DNA of 64,000 bases, from NCBI GenBank assembly GCA_951406725.2, contig OX597836.1, positions 36,828,001 to 36,892,000 on the forward strand, written 5' to 3'. Both the position numbers and the translations under genes were made by a program. The DNA comes from Octopus vulgaris. Taxonomy: Eukaryota. Positions 39,359 through 53,576 of the stretch are shown here, piece after piece (position 1 is the first letter of the stretch; each line of letters starts with the position of its first letter). The notes below the pieces were generated by a model that saw nothing but the letters and a program-made list of their open reading frames with translations, did not search any database and was not told the origin of the DNA.

Positions 39359-41764
39359 ATATATATATATATATATATATACGTGCACTGACATTATGTG
39401 CATAATATGTACACGTGCATATGTGTAACGTCATGATTGTCCTTCAAATTGTTAAATATATATTTTGATCATAAGTAATACTCAGTGGCCGTTGAGGTAT
39501 GAAGCAATGTGTAGTTTTCAATTTTTAACAACTTAAAACCACGAACATAATCCGAGTTAGTGTTAAAAGGAAAACTACACATCGGGTCCCGAAACTTTGC
39601 AATTTCCCTAAGCGCCAAATCCTGCAACCTGAGGTAGCTATGACGGGGTGGGTACCAATATATTTGAAGCAATGTACCCGGTTCTTTCTAATCGCGCTCC
39701 GCTGTTTTCCCTTTGAAAACTAGACAAACTCTCTTACATTGCCAACCCTGTGACACCCTGTATCTATTTCTAATAGAGGCAGTAATTAAAAATGGTTTTT
39801 CAAATACCTTGAATTTCTCCCTCTCTATCTTTCTCTTGATTTCTCTCTCACTCTCTCAGCCACACTCTCTCTTTCTCTATCTGTATACTTACATACCTAC
39901 CTACCTACCTACCTACCTATCTCTCTAATTATTTATCTGTCTATCTATCGATCGATCCTATCTATCTACATATTTGTTTAACGTTAATGAATACCAGAAA
40001 GCTTTCTTTAAAACCAGATCGAATACAGACATAATCTTCTCCTTCAGTTATCTGCGAAATTCTGCATAACCAAAAAATGGAGAATGTTATGCTCTCTACA
40101 ATGCGTCCGACTGGGTTTAGCATGTAAATTTCGTATCGCAACTTCTCACATATAGGCCTCACTCACGTCGCATCTTCTGGATCGGTTGCTTCCTATCAGT
40201 TCAAAATATTACCCCATGTGTTGACAGAATATTACATTTCGCTCTCTCTCAGACACCAATCATCTTTACTCAATAAATTTTAAAGAAATGTTTACTCCCC
40301 ATTCTGTTATTGAATATATCTAACGTTCACTCAGTTCTCTCGTGCTATTTATACGTAATCAAATATCGACACTTTAATCATTTCCAGAAAGCTATGTCCA
40401 AAATGAAATCAGTTACAGGCGCGAAATTAATAAAGGAAAAAATAGCGAAGCATCGTCGTAATTGCATTGCCGTGTTCACTACATTAATATAAGTAGGACT
40501 ATAATTACTCTTAGCAATGTGAACAGTGAATTAAATTGTCTAAATCAACTTTACTTTAAAAACAAGCTTTTATGTCAAATGAAGGGAAGACTATAATCAG
40601 TTTATTTATGTGGGGCAGCCATGATGTTTCTAATATTTGATTGGTATTTTATTTTATCGGCCCTGGAGGGATCGAGGGCAAAATGGAGCCCGTCCCTATT
40701 TAAAATCAGAACATAAAACCACTGGCACAAGTAGTGCAAATCACTTTTTCCCACGTTCTCATTGTTCTACTACCGCGCACCTTCTGGAATCTGTGTTAAT
40801 TTGTTCTACTGTATGCACAAGGAATGAAGTCTGAACTCTTAAGCGATAGGACCAGGTGATTATTTTCTCATCGTCGAAAGGATAAAAAGCAACATCTACG
40901 TCGAAGTAATTTGATCTCAGAATGTAAAACCAGAAAAAATACCTCTAAGGAATTCGTCCGTCTTTTTCAGAATTTTCCAAGATCGATGCCAAAAGGAAGC
41001 CACAATAAGGCATTGAAATACTTGTCAAGCAATACAGAATCATATTGCTTTACATGATTCCCCAAAACGATAACGACTTTTATATTATCACGTTGTACAA
41101 GCGTATCTCATTCTTCGGATTCTGCAATATTTATATTCGAATTAATGTTTAAATAAGAGGACGTTATTATATGTGGGTCACAGGAACATTACTTGATGAT
41201 GTAGTTTATCAAGAAAGCAACACTCTATATAATTCACATTACAAAGAATGGATCTCGGGGTAATTAATCAACATAGTCTTCGATTACACAGGTTATTTTC
41301 ATACATTTTTTTTATCATGGAGACCTTCTGTCTGTAAATGGATTTATTTACTCGTCAACATAATGATCACTTATAAAGGTATTTAGAGATATCACCTGCA
41401 TCACCTTTATCTTTGCCAATATGTATTATAACGTTCCAAATATAATTTCTCAATAGTTTTATCAAGGTTTCCAATTATTATATCCTTCATGGTTCTACGT
41501 GCATGAAATTGAATTATTTCCCTGAATGATTTGGTTCGATGATAAATAATATTTCTCATTAAACATGTTGGTATCAGGATGAAAAATACAGAAGATTTGT
41601 TAGTTACATGTTAGCAATGAAATCTGGGCCATTTAACATGGAAATTTTGATTGAAACAATATTTGAGCATACATGGAACTGATGATTTCATTACCCTACA
41701 AAACAACCCAAAATAGAATACTTGACAAACAAATTTCATGTCAATAATTCACAGATTGGAACGA

Positions 41765-42094
41765 TTCCCTTCCGTCATGAATGACCGTGGAATTGCACCT
41801 AGAAAGTTACCCTCCGAGGCAAAAGTCCGGGCATGGTTGTTTATGGAAGACCAGCAGTCGCCCATGCATACCAGCCTGCCCTCTCCACACCACCGATGTT
41901 ATCCAGGGGAAAGACAAAGACCGATACAGCTTGGCACCTGTGACGTCGCAACTTGTTTTTTACAGCTAAGTGAACTGGAACAACGTAAAATAAAGTGTTT
42001 TTCTCAAGAATAAAACGCAAAGACCTGTCCAGGAATCGAACTCACAACTTCATGATTGTGAACCCGATGCTCAAACCACTGAGCCATGTGTCTT
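41765..42094 (-). mobile_element. tRNA-derived SINE of a fourth family
   Basis: Reverse head CACATGGCTCAGTGGTTTGAGC...GAGTTCGATTCC; distinct 3' half. Confidence 0.78.
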
Positions 42095-42132
42095 AGAAGA
42101 TACATATGATTTTTAATATTTATGGTTGTATT

Positions 42133-42375
42133 AAGGCGGTGAGCTGGCAGAAACATTAGAAAGCCGGGGAAATGCGTAGCCGTATTAAGTCTGCCGTTAC
42201 CTTCTGAGTAATTCCGGCGAGGTCGAATTTGACTTTCATTCTTTCGGGGTCGATAAATTAAATACCAGCTACACACTGTGACGGAACGGCGTCCCGTCCA
42301 AGTGGGGAAGCTATACGCCAAGGAAACCGGGAAACCGGTCCTTATGAGCCAGGTGTGGCTCGAGAAGGAACAAAC
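42133..42375 (+). mobile_element. Chimeric SINE: family B 5' part + family A 3' part
   Basis: B head and core to ~42272, then GCGTCCCGTCCA..TGGGGAA...GGGAAACCGG as at 399-485. Confidence 0.7.
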
Positions 42376-42493
42376 TTAATAAGAAAACTACTTCCACAAC
42401 ACTAGATTTCGTTATTGATTGTTGTTGATGTTTTTGCTGACTGCTCCATTTTGATATGTCCTTCTCGATGGTATTAGTATTTATGGTGAGATA

Positions 42494-42880
42494 GGGCGGC
42501 GAAATGCTTAGCAGCATTTCGTCTGCCGCTACGTTCTGAGTTCAAATTCCGCCGAGGTTGACTTTGCTTTTCATCCTTTCGGAGTCGATTAAATAAGTAC
42601 CAGTTACGTACTGAGGTCGAAATAATCGACTTAATCCTTTTGTCTGTCTTTGTTTATTCCCTCTGTGTTTAGCCCCTTGTGGGTAGTAAAAAATGAGTAT
42701 TTCGTCTGCCGCTACGTTCTGAGTTCAAATTCCGCCGAGGTCGACTTTGCCTTTCGTCCTTTGGGGGTCGATTAAATAAGTACCAGTTACGCACTGGGGT
42801 CGATATAATCGACTTCATCCTTTTGTCTGTTCTTGTTTGTTCCCTCTGTGTGTAGCGCCTTGTGGGTAGTAAAGAAATAA
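42494..42880 (+). mobile_element. Tandem dimer of SINE family B
   Basis: ATTTCGTCTGCCGCTACGTTCTGAG... is repeated at 42516 and 42699; flanks GTATTAGTATTTATG duplicated. Confidence 0.88.
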
Positions 42881-43339
42881 GTATTAGTATTTATGTTGGG
42901 TTCAATGTAGTTTATTGCAAGATACCAGAATGGGGCGTGATATCAGTATTTCTGTCATAATCTAAACTGAAAACCATGGTGCTCTACAGGATGGAGTCTA
43001 TTGTTCTCTGGCGCATTCTTCCCTTTTCCTACGCTTTCCCAACCCTAAACAAGTACCACTGGGTAAGTGACATCTTGCTTTGTCTACTTATAGCAAATGT
43101 ATATATTCCTCTATCTGTTTTGTTTCTGCGTCATTAACAGTGTAAAGCTACGAAACAACTTTGCGACTTTCATGTGCCTTGTGAGCCTGCAAGACGTTCC
43201 TAAGTCCTTCTAACCACATATTTCATCTCGTTGTCTTTACGCCGATACCGCTCCTGTTATAACACGAAGATACAACGAACTAGGGTTCAACACTATGGGT
43301 TTTCGCCTCTGAACATCACCTATACCTCTCTTAGAAACA

Positions 43340-43640
43340 ACTGTTGGCTTACAAGTATGAGGTTGGTAATCTTGCAGTTTCAGTTTGTTACATTACTGCC
43401 AGGAGTTCTAAGCAAAAAGGGGGAAAAAAGCCTGAAGGATTTATCCCATGGGATACCGAGTATTTCTTTCCCATCGTTAGAGAATGCCTCCTTCAGCTTG
43501 CAAATGAAAAGCAACCCCATACTGGGGATGATCAATTAAGTAGGATTCCTCCATACCTGTCGGTGAATACATTTTCAGACATGGAAAATCCGTTTAGCTA
43601 AGCATAACTGTACCAGAACATTGATTTTTACAGCAGCTTT
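43340..43640 (-). pseudogene. Possible CRE-like non-LTR RT relic
   Basis: Minus strand WYSYA*LNG ... PSMGLLFICKLKEAFSNDGKEILGIPWDKSF, weakly like RT motifs WYLDDGxLxG ... GLxLN..K ... GxxILGxP. Confidence 0.3.
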
Positions 43641-44497
43641 AGCTGTACGACTCTCATATCATTACGTTCCTCATAAACAACTTGGATGTTCGACACTTTA
43701 AGCGTGTGTGCAAATGTGATTTTAACAATTGATAAACAACTTCTAACGTCATACATGTAATTCATATTTTTTTTTAATTGAAATTAGTTTTATTTTCTTA
43801 TATACTAACGTGGGCGTACAATATTTTTTTCACATCTTTTGTGTATAACTTCTCTGTGGTGGTTTTCGATTTGATTTTTCTCTTTACAAGTTCATGTCTA
43901 GAAGTTTTGAAATCAATTTTTTTTTTTTATGAATTCACTGATAAAAAAAAAAACTGATTATATATTTAACAAAATACTTCAAGAGAAGACTTTCGAAAAT
44001 CTTCGAAAAATTTCGTATGCGGATGTGTTTAAAAAAATATACAATATTTCATTTGGTTATTTAAGGCGGAGAGAGTTCTAAGCTTTAAGAAAAAAAAATT
44101 ATTTTAAAAATAGTTTCACAAGCTCAATAGCAAATAATAATAATAAGAAGAAAAAAAAGAAGAGAATTGGGGGAAATGGTGGAGGGGAGTGGAAAGAGGG
44201 GGAGAAGGAGTTAAGAGACATCAATATAATAGTTGCCCCCGTAATAAGTAACAGCTGTAATATTCTGAACTGATCGTCAAATGAATTAGCAAGATTATAG
44301 CTGGGAAGAATAAAATTTGCATATAATATCGGTTTCAAACACTGGCATAAACCTATAATTTTCGGGGGCGGGGTAGGGAATTCGATTTCAGCATCTTTAG
44401 CATTCAGTTGGTACGTCTTTCATCAACTCCCAAAGGATAAAAGGCTAAGTCGAGCTTGGTGGCATCTGCAATCAGACCTTAAAAACACACGAAATAC

Positions 44498-44730
44498 CTA
44501 TTTCTTTACTACCCACAAGGAGCTAAACACAGAGAGGACAAACAAGGACGGGCAAACGGATCAAGTCGATTGCATCAACCCCAGTGTGTAACTGGAACTT
44601 AATTTATCGACCCCGAAAGAATGAAAGGCAAAGTCGACCTCGGCGGAATTTGAACTCAGAACGTAACGGCTGACGAAATACTGCTAAGCATTTCGCCCGG
44701 CGTGCTAACGTTTCTGCCAGCTCGCCGGCT
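44498..44730 (-). mobile_element. SINE family B (an older copy adjoins at ~44340-44497)
   Basis: Full-length reverse copy. Confidence 0.88.
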
Positions 44731-45087
44731 TAATTAGCATGTAAATATTAGGTTAAAACATTTGCAATAGAAAGAGGCAAAGGTTGCACATCGGATGCGA
44801 ACCCAAATTATCTGTAAACAAGAAGTATACGAAGTACAATCTTCACTGCTAAGAATTAAGTTTCTAAAGTGGTCAGACAGTTTGGAAGGATTGCTCTCCT
44901 CTGAAGGGATAATGCCTGGCGTATTTACAAGAAATGTCGGTCCCATTCTCCGGGGTAGCACTCCACATTTTTTTCCGCAAAACAATTTTAACCAAATACT
45001 TATAGTTATTATCTATAGCATTATTTGATTCCAGACGTACTTTTGTCGGGCTCCGACCTTCCATATATTACTCGCTCTCTCTCTCTC

Positions 45088-45297
45088 TGTTACTTGTTTC
45101 AATCATTTGACTGCAGCCATGCTGGAGCACCACCTTTAGTTGAGCAAATCGACCCCAGGACTTATTCTTTATAAGCCGAATACATATTCTATCGGTCTCT
45201 TTTACCGAACCGGTACTGTACGGGGACTTAAACACACCAACATCGGTGGTCAAACGAAGTGGGGCGGACAAACACAAGCACACAAACATATACACAT

Positions 45298-45372
<75 letters not shown>

Positions 45373-45696
45373 GGGAGAAAATAGTAAAAGGTGAAAAAAC
45401 TACAGAAGGCTTGTTTTAAAAGGTTAAAAAATATATTTACTATTTTCTATATATTCAACCACGTGCTTCCACAAACCAACTTTCTCATCTATATATATAT
45501 ATATATATATATATTTATACATACATATATACGACGAGCTTCTTTTAGTTTCCGTCTACCAAATCCAATCACAAGGCTTTGGTCGGCCTGAGGTTATAGT
45601 AGAAGACACTTGCCCAAGGTTCCACGCAGTGGGACTGAACCCTGAACCATGAGGTTGGTAGGCAAGCTACTTACCCCACAGCCACTCCTGCGCCTA
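45088..45696 (-). mobile_element. SINE family C split at its internal microsatellite
   Basis: 3' half 45088-45295, 5' half 45530-45696, with (TA)n/(GA)n and foreign sequence between. Confidence 0.85.
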
Positions 45697-46259
45697 TATA
45701 TCGTATATATATATATACCAGGTGAATTTTCTATACGTTTTGTATTAAACCCTTGGTGTAAACATCATCTGATAACTTAGCTTTCTATATTTGTATTAAT
45801 TTGTGGATATACGGTTGTAACGTACGATGCCTTGAATACTTATAAATGCAAACGAGTTCACATAATTTCTCATATATTGAAATTAATTATACACGAAGAA
45901 GGGTCGAAAGCGACTGCATACCTATGAATAGCCAAAGGTTTAATAAATCTCTCTTCAGCTGTTATACCTCCTGATATTTCTTTATATGTGCATGCATGTA
46001 TAATATGATATTCAAATATATAATTCTATATACAAGCAGGTATATATTATTACTTATGTGTGCGAGTAATGTTATGAAAGATTTGCTATGCATTTCACCT
46101 GACATTTATAATGCCCTCCTAAATCAGTGCAACTCATAATCCCTCTTTTCTAAACCAAGGTAGCTTACCTACGTTAAATAACATCCAAGTTTCAATAAAA
46201 TTACATCCAATCCCTATATTTTAGGAAAGGGTACATTTGCTAACATAGTGACGCACACA

Positions 46260-46304
<45 letters not shown>

Positions 46305-46308
46305 GTGT

Positions 46309-46354
<46 letters not shown>

Positions 46355-46357
<3 letters not shown>

Positions 46358-46652
46358 GAGGCGCAATGGCCCAGTAGCTAGGGCAGCGGACTCGCAGTTG
46401 TAGAATCGCGGTTTCGATTCCCAGACCGGGTGTTGTGAGTGTTTATTGAGCGAAAGCACCCAAAAGCTCTACGAGGCTCCGGCACGGGGTGGTGACGATT
46501 CCTGCTGTACTCTTTCGCCACAACTTTCTCTCACGCTTTCTTCTGTTGGCCTGCTCGGGGTCGCGTCATTTGAAGGCTAAAACAATGCGAACGCATTGTG
46601 ACCAGCGATGTGTAGCAACATCTGGTAGCCTGGTCAGTCACGGTGCTCACGA
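46355..46652 (+). mobile_element. SINE family A
   Basis: GTGGAGGCGCAATGGCCCAGTAGCTAGGGCAGCGGACTCGC head. Confidence 0.88.
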
Positions 46653-47230
46653 TGATATATATATGTGTGAGCGTGTGTCTGTGTGTGTGTGTATGTGTGT
46701 GCGCGCGTGTGTGTGTGAGTGTCTGTGTCTGTGTGTTTATAAACAAGAGGACTGGATAAGATATGATCCGCGTGACATATGTTGGATAGGGAGCGGAACC
46801 TTAGAAGTGGTAAATATCCAACCGAGGTGTATATCGCAGGCTACTATCTCAGGCCAAGGATATCTTTATTGAATGTGAGGTTACGTTGTCGCAAGAAGGT
46901 GTACGTTAACACATGGAAGATCCTATCAGAAGGTGTAGAGATCCCAGTAGCAGTGTAGGATATAAAGGTATAAATGTATTGAGAAATTAGGTTTAAAAGA
47001 AGGAAGAAGGAAAGAAAGAATAAGACATGAGTGAGGAGAAAGAGGAATTTAAGCAAGGTCATTTGACCTGTAATATCCCAGGAATTATCAAGGGGAATGG
47101 TATTTGAAAATAAGATGACGTAGAGGAAAGAGGAATTTTTCAAATTTTCGAATTTTCCCCATCCTCATTCCTTCACATAGTTTTTTTAGATACCAGTCCT
47201 CTTTCCTTAAAGTCTGTGATACTACCGGCC

Positions 47231-47620
47231 GTGGAGGCGCAATGGCCCAATGGTTAGGGCAGCGGACTCGCGGTCATAGGATCGCGGTTTCGATTCCCAG
47301 ACCGGGCGTTATGAGTGTTTATTGAGCGAAAACACCTAAAAGTCCCACGAGGCTCCGGCAGGGGATGGTGGTGATCCCTGCTGTACTCTTTCACCACAAC
47401 TTTCTCTCTCACTCTTACTTCCTGTTTCTGTTGTACCTGTATTTCAAAGGGCCGGCCTTGTCACTCTCTGTGTCACGCTGAATATCCCCGAGAACTATGT
47501 TAAGGGTACACGTGTCTGTGGAGTGCTCAGCCACTTTACCCGTTAATTTCACGAGCAGGCTGTTCCGTTGATTCGGATCAACCGGAACCCTCGTCGTCGT
47601 AACCGACGGAGTGCTTCCAG
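47231..47620 (+). mobile_element. SINE family A (different 3' tail)
   Basis: Head as above; TSD GATACTACCGGCC at 47218-47230 and 47622-47634. Confidence 0.92.
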
Positions 47621-47777
47621 AGATACTACCGGCCAAATGACCTCGCTTAAAATTTCTCTTCCTTCCCACACCTTTTGCTTTAGTTCTCGATTGAATTTTC
47701 CATTTGGTAACATGCAACTGGACGTATTTGGCACTATACCAGTTACCGTTACTTATAACTATTTTTTTAACTATTAC

Positions 47778-47958
47778 GTATCCCCAAACGAATCACTCTT
47801 ACACCAAAACTTCACTGTTTCCGTCCCGTAACGTAAGTCGTTTCGGCATTCTGGAGGCTGTCTGAGAAATTCTCGCTTATTAGAAAGCGCAACAAACCAC
47901 GTTTACACGAGGGAAACAGTGAAGTTTTGGGGGTAAGAGTCAGATGCTTTGGGGATAC
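47778..47958. mobile_element. Small MITE with ~45-bp TIRs
   Basis: GTATCCCCAAA...ACTCTTAC.CCAAAACTTCACTGTTTCC / GGAAACAGTGAAGTTTTGG..GTAAGAGT...TTTGGGGATAC. Confidence 0.8.
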
Positions 47959-48026
47959 AACAAAAATGATGTTTCAAAGGACAATTTAATGCTAAACTTG
48001 GCACGGGTAAGATTCTTCAGCATGAC

Positions 48027-48111
<85 letters not shown>

Positions 48112-48115
<4 letters not shown>

Positions 48116-48270
48116 CACAAATAAATGAAAGAATGGAGTTGAACGACGATTTAACAAAATTCCTTTATTCTCGACATATGTTTCGAAGACTGCATATTCC
48201 TTGTCTTTCCTGATGAGAAAGCGGCATAATGCTCCCCTTATTCCTTCGAAATTAGGAATATGCAGTCTCC
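48112..48270 (-). mobile_element. (TA)n-abutting pLTR-like fragment with a partial hammerhead
   Basis: 15-bp stem 48187-48201 / 48254-48268, followed on the minus strand by GAAAC-AUAU-GUC and AAUAAA. Confidence 0.6.
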
Positions 48271-48274
48271 AATG

Positions 48275-48560
48275 GACGGTGCTGAGTTGTCAAACATTTA
48301 AACCAAATTTTCTCAAAATAACTTGTCCGACCGTAACCTAAATTTGAGACACCAGCAAAAGACGGATTTCGACTGATGAACTTGCGCATACTAATGCACA
48401 TTCCCACGATTTCATGGAATCGATTTTTGTAATTTTTCCAAGACTTATATACGCCCTGATACCGTCGGTATCTACATATCAAATTTGAGCGCAATCGGAT
48501 GGAGGATGCCCGAGATCCTAGAAGACACACACACAGACAGACAGAACGGGTTTTATATAA
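48275..48560 (-). mobile_element. Helitron/HINE-like 5' fragment
   Basis: Minus strand TATATAAAA...(TGTC)n(TG)n...CCGATTGCGCTCAAATTTG, a layout typical of non-autonomous Helitrons. Confidence 0.55.
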
Positions 48561-48649
48561 TATATATATATATATATATTGCATGTATATATATTGTATG
48601 TATATATATATATAATATATAATATATATATATATGTGTATCTACATAT

Positions 48650-48727
<78 letters not shown>

Positions 48728-48784
48728 GTATATATACATATGTATATATATATGTATATATATATATACATATATATATATGTG

Positions 48785-48843
<59 letters not shown>

Positions 48844-48856
48844 GTATATATGTGTG

Positions 48857-48913
<57 letters not shown>
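48560..48913. repeat. Long imperfect (TA)n microsatellite
   Basis: Seen directly in the sequence. Confidence 0.97.
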
Positions 48914-48915
<2 letters not shown>

Positions 48916-49756
48916 CTCTGTTGTATGTATATGCATACGTAAGTACATTGAATTTCAAATTCAATTTCGCAAAGGTGTTCCTTCATAAAATATCTCAGCT
49001 GAGATTTTCCTAAAAGCTTCGAAAATTCGCTGTTGATGATGGGGAAATGTGAAGGTTCAACATCCACTTTGAACTCGTAGAAACGTGTATTAAAGAAATG
49101 TCAATGGTTCTTTCCATACAATTTTCACGTTCGATGTATTAAGTAAAGTATGTAGTGATATGCCTCGTATAACAAAGAGATTAAGAATGATAGATTGACA
49201 AAAGATAGATAGAGATAGAGAGGCTGAAAGACAGAAAGAGAGAGAGATGGAGTGAGTGGGCGAGAGGGACATTAGAGAGAGACGGTATGTAGGAAAACCT
49301 CATAAAGATTGTAAAGAGGTGGGATGTGTAGTGGAGTGTATATATGATTCTATACTGGAAGGAGTCATAGAAAATAGGACGCGTCGTACTTGAGACTTTT
49401 GATTGTAAAGTATGTATGTTTGACGGCCTCCTTATCGGCTTCATGGCCTCATTTTCGATCTGGTCTAGAATATGCAAATAACTGGCTGCTTATATCTTGT
49501 CTATATGTTTGACCTACTTTCCGTATCAAATCCTCTACTATATATATATTTATATATATATATATCTTGGAAAATGCCAGCAAGAGAAATTATATTCTTA
49601 AGATTATGAACCTGGAAAAGTGCAGGACAGGTTATCGCACTTGGAAAAGTTCAGAACAAGTTACTACATCTGGTAAACTACACAAGAAAACTTTCAATTT
49701 ATTTAACGAGAAGCTCTGAAAGATACTGCATGTGAGTAAATTAAGAATGTTATTCA

Positions 49757-50150
49757 ACTGCCGTTACGTTCTGAGTTCAAATTCCACCGAGGTCGACTTT
49801 GCCGTTCATCCCTTCGGGCTCGATAAATAAAGTACCAGTTAAGCACTGAGGTCGACGTAATCGACTGAATCCGTTTGTCTGTCCTTGTCTGTCCTTGCTT
49901 TACCCCTCTATGTTTAGCACCTTGTGGACAATAAACAAAGAGATATAGTGTTTTGTTCTTTTATTTGTTTCAGTCATTTGATCGGGACCATGTTGGGGCA
50001 AATCAATCCCAGAACTTTTTCTTTAGCTTGCTTGGTACTTATTCATTCGGTCCCTTTTGCTGAACAGCTAGGTTACGGGGAGGTAGACACATCAGTATCG
50101 GTTGTTAAGCGATGCTGGGGAACAAACACACATATACAAACACACACGCA
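49757..50150. mobile_element. SINE B 3' part (+, 49757-49945) tail-to-tail with SINE C 3' part (-, 49955-50150)
   Basis: Family-diagnostic cores present in both pieces. Confidence 0.8.
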
Positions 50151-50163
50151 CACACACAAACAT

Positions 50164-50225
<62 letters not shown>

Positions 50226-50229
<4 letters not shown>

Positions 50230-50339
50230 GAGTAAACACATAAATGTGAAACAAGGTGGAAAAAGAGTACTCAAATACCAGAGGTAGAGTAATATGCTTT
50301 ATTTAAAAGCAGCAGAAATTTCTGCTGCTTTCAAATAAA

Positions 50340-50345
<6 letters not shown>
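50226..50345 (-). mobile_element. (TA)n-embedded short element with a terminal 21-bp hairpin
   Basis: CTTTATTTAAAAGCAGCAGAA-AT-TTCTGCTGCTTTCAAATAAAG. GTACTCAA.TAC...AGAGTAA is shared with the reverse complement of 34575-34605. Confidence 0.65.
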
Positions 50346-50407
<62 letters not shown>

Positions 50408-50414
50408 ATATAAT

Positions 50415-50516
50415 ATAAATTAGAGATAAAACCACTATTTGGCAACTAATATTAATTTGATTTAATACTAAATCTAATTTTTCCCTGTAAGTTTGGAGCC
50501 ATGCTTCCTAATATTA

Positions 50517-50520
<4 letters not shown>
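50415..50520 (+). mobile_element. Internally deleted copy of the 20468 fold-back family
   Basis: AAATTAGAGATAAAACCACTATT joined to TTTTTCCCTGTAAGTTTGG. Confidence 0.7.
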
Positions 50521-50556
<36 letters not shown>

Positions 50557-50581
50557 GATATCATATATCTATCCTTAAATA

Positions 50582-50699
<118 letters not shown>

Positions 50700-50700
50700 T

Positions 50701-51392
<692 letters not shown>

Positions 51393-52303
51393 TATACATA
51401 GAATTGAAACCGAATAAATGTCAGCCGAATAAATCCCTTTTAGACGGATTTATGACATCTGATTTACGAAATGGCTTTCTTTTGTATAACTTTGAATGTA
51501 TATTTATATGTAGGTGACTCACAATATTCGCTCCGTTTCGCCGTCGTTTATATTTATTTTCATTTGGTTCTCCGTCAGTGTTGTCGTTGTAGATAGTGTT
51601 TATAAATAGGTGAAATTTGGAATAAACTCGTGTGACCAGCGTTGCCTGTGGTGGTGGTGTTTGTGCGGGAACAGTTTTTTCCACTGAGTAGCAAAAAGAA
51701 TCATTGGAACAGTTGATATTTAGTTTATACGTCTTAGAAATAGAAACGTAACTTTCAGGTCGTAACACTACTAACATGAGTGCAGATGTGGAACTTATTT
51801 TAAATTTTAGTTATAAACGTTAATGAAAGGAGAACGGATAACATGACTGGGCACTTTTGAAGTACCTGTACATAATGAGCAGAAAGGGGAAGGATGTAAC
51901 CAAAATGAAAATCTGGCCTGAAAGCTTACCTGGATTAATATTTGCTAGCGCTACCGAATAGCTTGACGGTGGTGTTACCATGGACGACGACTGAAATCAA
52001 CTACTCAAAGAAAATGATTCTTCCATGGTCGTACTTCGACACAGAATCCCTGTATTTAAATTTTCATCATACGTCATTCTTCGAATAGTGGTTAGCTTAC
52101 AAAAGACAAACATTTTTTGTTAAATGTACTACACGTCGAAGCCTTTCGTTGCGAAGCGAATTAATTGCCAAAAGGTTGTTTCTGCGAAGGACTTAGAGCA
52201 TGACACACAATAACAACAACGATATAGAGTGCTCAACAACGATATAGAGTGCTTCGTTTGGTATTCGGTGAAGCTGAAGTGCCACCGACTCTGAAAGATT
52301 GTT

Positions 52304-53523
52304 TGTGAATGACCGGTTTCTTAATGAAAAACTGTGGTATGTAACCAGACCAACGGAACAAACCTCACTAGATTCACATAGACAATTGTGTCCGCCTCCT
52401 CCACACTCGTATTCATCAATTTAATTAGAAATGCCAATCAATATATGTAATTATATATTTGAAAAGAAAATATCGTTCGAAGTAATCTTTCCAGAATATA
52501 TTGTTTCATTACGGCGTATATGTAAATTAAGACAATACAAAAATATATGAACAAATATATATATTTTAATTATATAGAGTGAGAAGACAGAAATTGAGAA
52601 AATTGTCGCGAGTTTTACAATATGAAAATAAGTATAAAATATCTAACAACATTTTTCCACTTCTCACTTTACCTTCAGTAAAATTACTTGAAATGTCATA
52701 AGACATTTCTTGGACGAGAATATAGGAATATTATAAGCATTGAACCAAACATCACACAAAATTTACAAGAACAAACATACATAGATTTAGATACGAAAAA
52801 TATATATGACTGCATCAGTTAATTATACATGAAGCTTAGCACACCTCCACACTATCAACGGTGAAATGGAAGAATCCTGTAGTTTAATTATTCGTTAAAA
52901 TATATGATTTCAAATATATCCACGCTAATTAATCCCTTCAAGTCTAATAGAAACCTGTTCAAAGTTTAAATATTTCTCTAATATGATTAAACTTAAAAGT
53001 AATTAAGATCTAATTTAAAACTTTTTTAATATAATTAAACTTAAAACTAATTCACAACTTATTTAAAACTTTCTACTAAATGATTAACCTTAAAAGTAAT
53101 AACTTATGATTCTAAATTTATTCATTCACGAATTTTCGCTAATATCTTTTCTCTAAATATTTTATATATGATTTGTGGGTACGACCTTTCTGTGTAAGTT
53201 TTCCGTATGAAGTTTTGCTACCGCATTTTACTGCATGTTTCGTTATAGTATTGGGTTCTATGCGAGGCGTTTTGTGGGTATTCATTTAAAAAGAATCGTA
53301 TGAGTATAGTGTGGAATGTAGTAAACTATGTACGTCTAATTTCTCATTTGTACAATAGACGTCAGCTTGCAATAATCTAAACAGAATGATAACAGTATCC
53401 GTCACACGGAGCTTGGAGGGCCATAAGCATAGCCACTTACTCCAAAATCAGACAAAAATAAATTTTTAAATGAGAAATAAATTATATGATTAATTAATGT
53501 TAAAATTCTTTGGTGGATTTTGC

Positions 53524-53525
<2 letters not shown>
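52304..53525 (-). pseudogene. Probable highly decayed Penelope-like element (RT thumb relic + downstream degenerate hammerhead)
   Basis: Minus strand ILTLINHIIYFS... ADVYCTNEKLDVHSLLHS ... YPQ, weakly like PLE LNxxHPxIxFT / TDVYxKPTDxHxYL / LxxRxYP. Hammerhead-like motif at 52304-52378 on the same strand. Confidence 0.38.

Positions 53526-53575
<50 letters not shown>

Positions 53576-53576
<1 letters not shown>

Noticed and set aside
46740-47140. Purine-rich segment considered as a PLE GIY-YIG relic
   Set aside because: No convincing GIY-YIG or Cys motif could be read.
48518-49067. Long [14 protein letters not shown] ORFs here and throughout (e.g. 57003-57430, 32684-33174, 37829-38464)
   Set aside because: Translations of (TA)n/(CA)n microsatellites, which lack stop codons; not genes.
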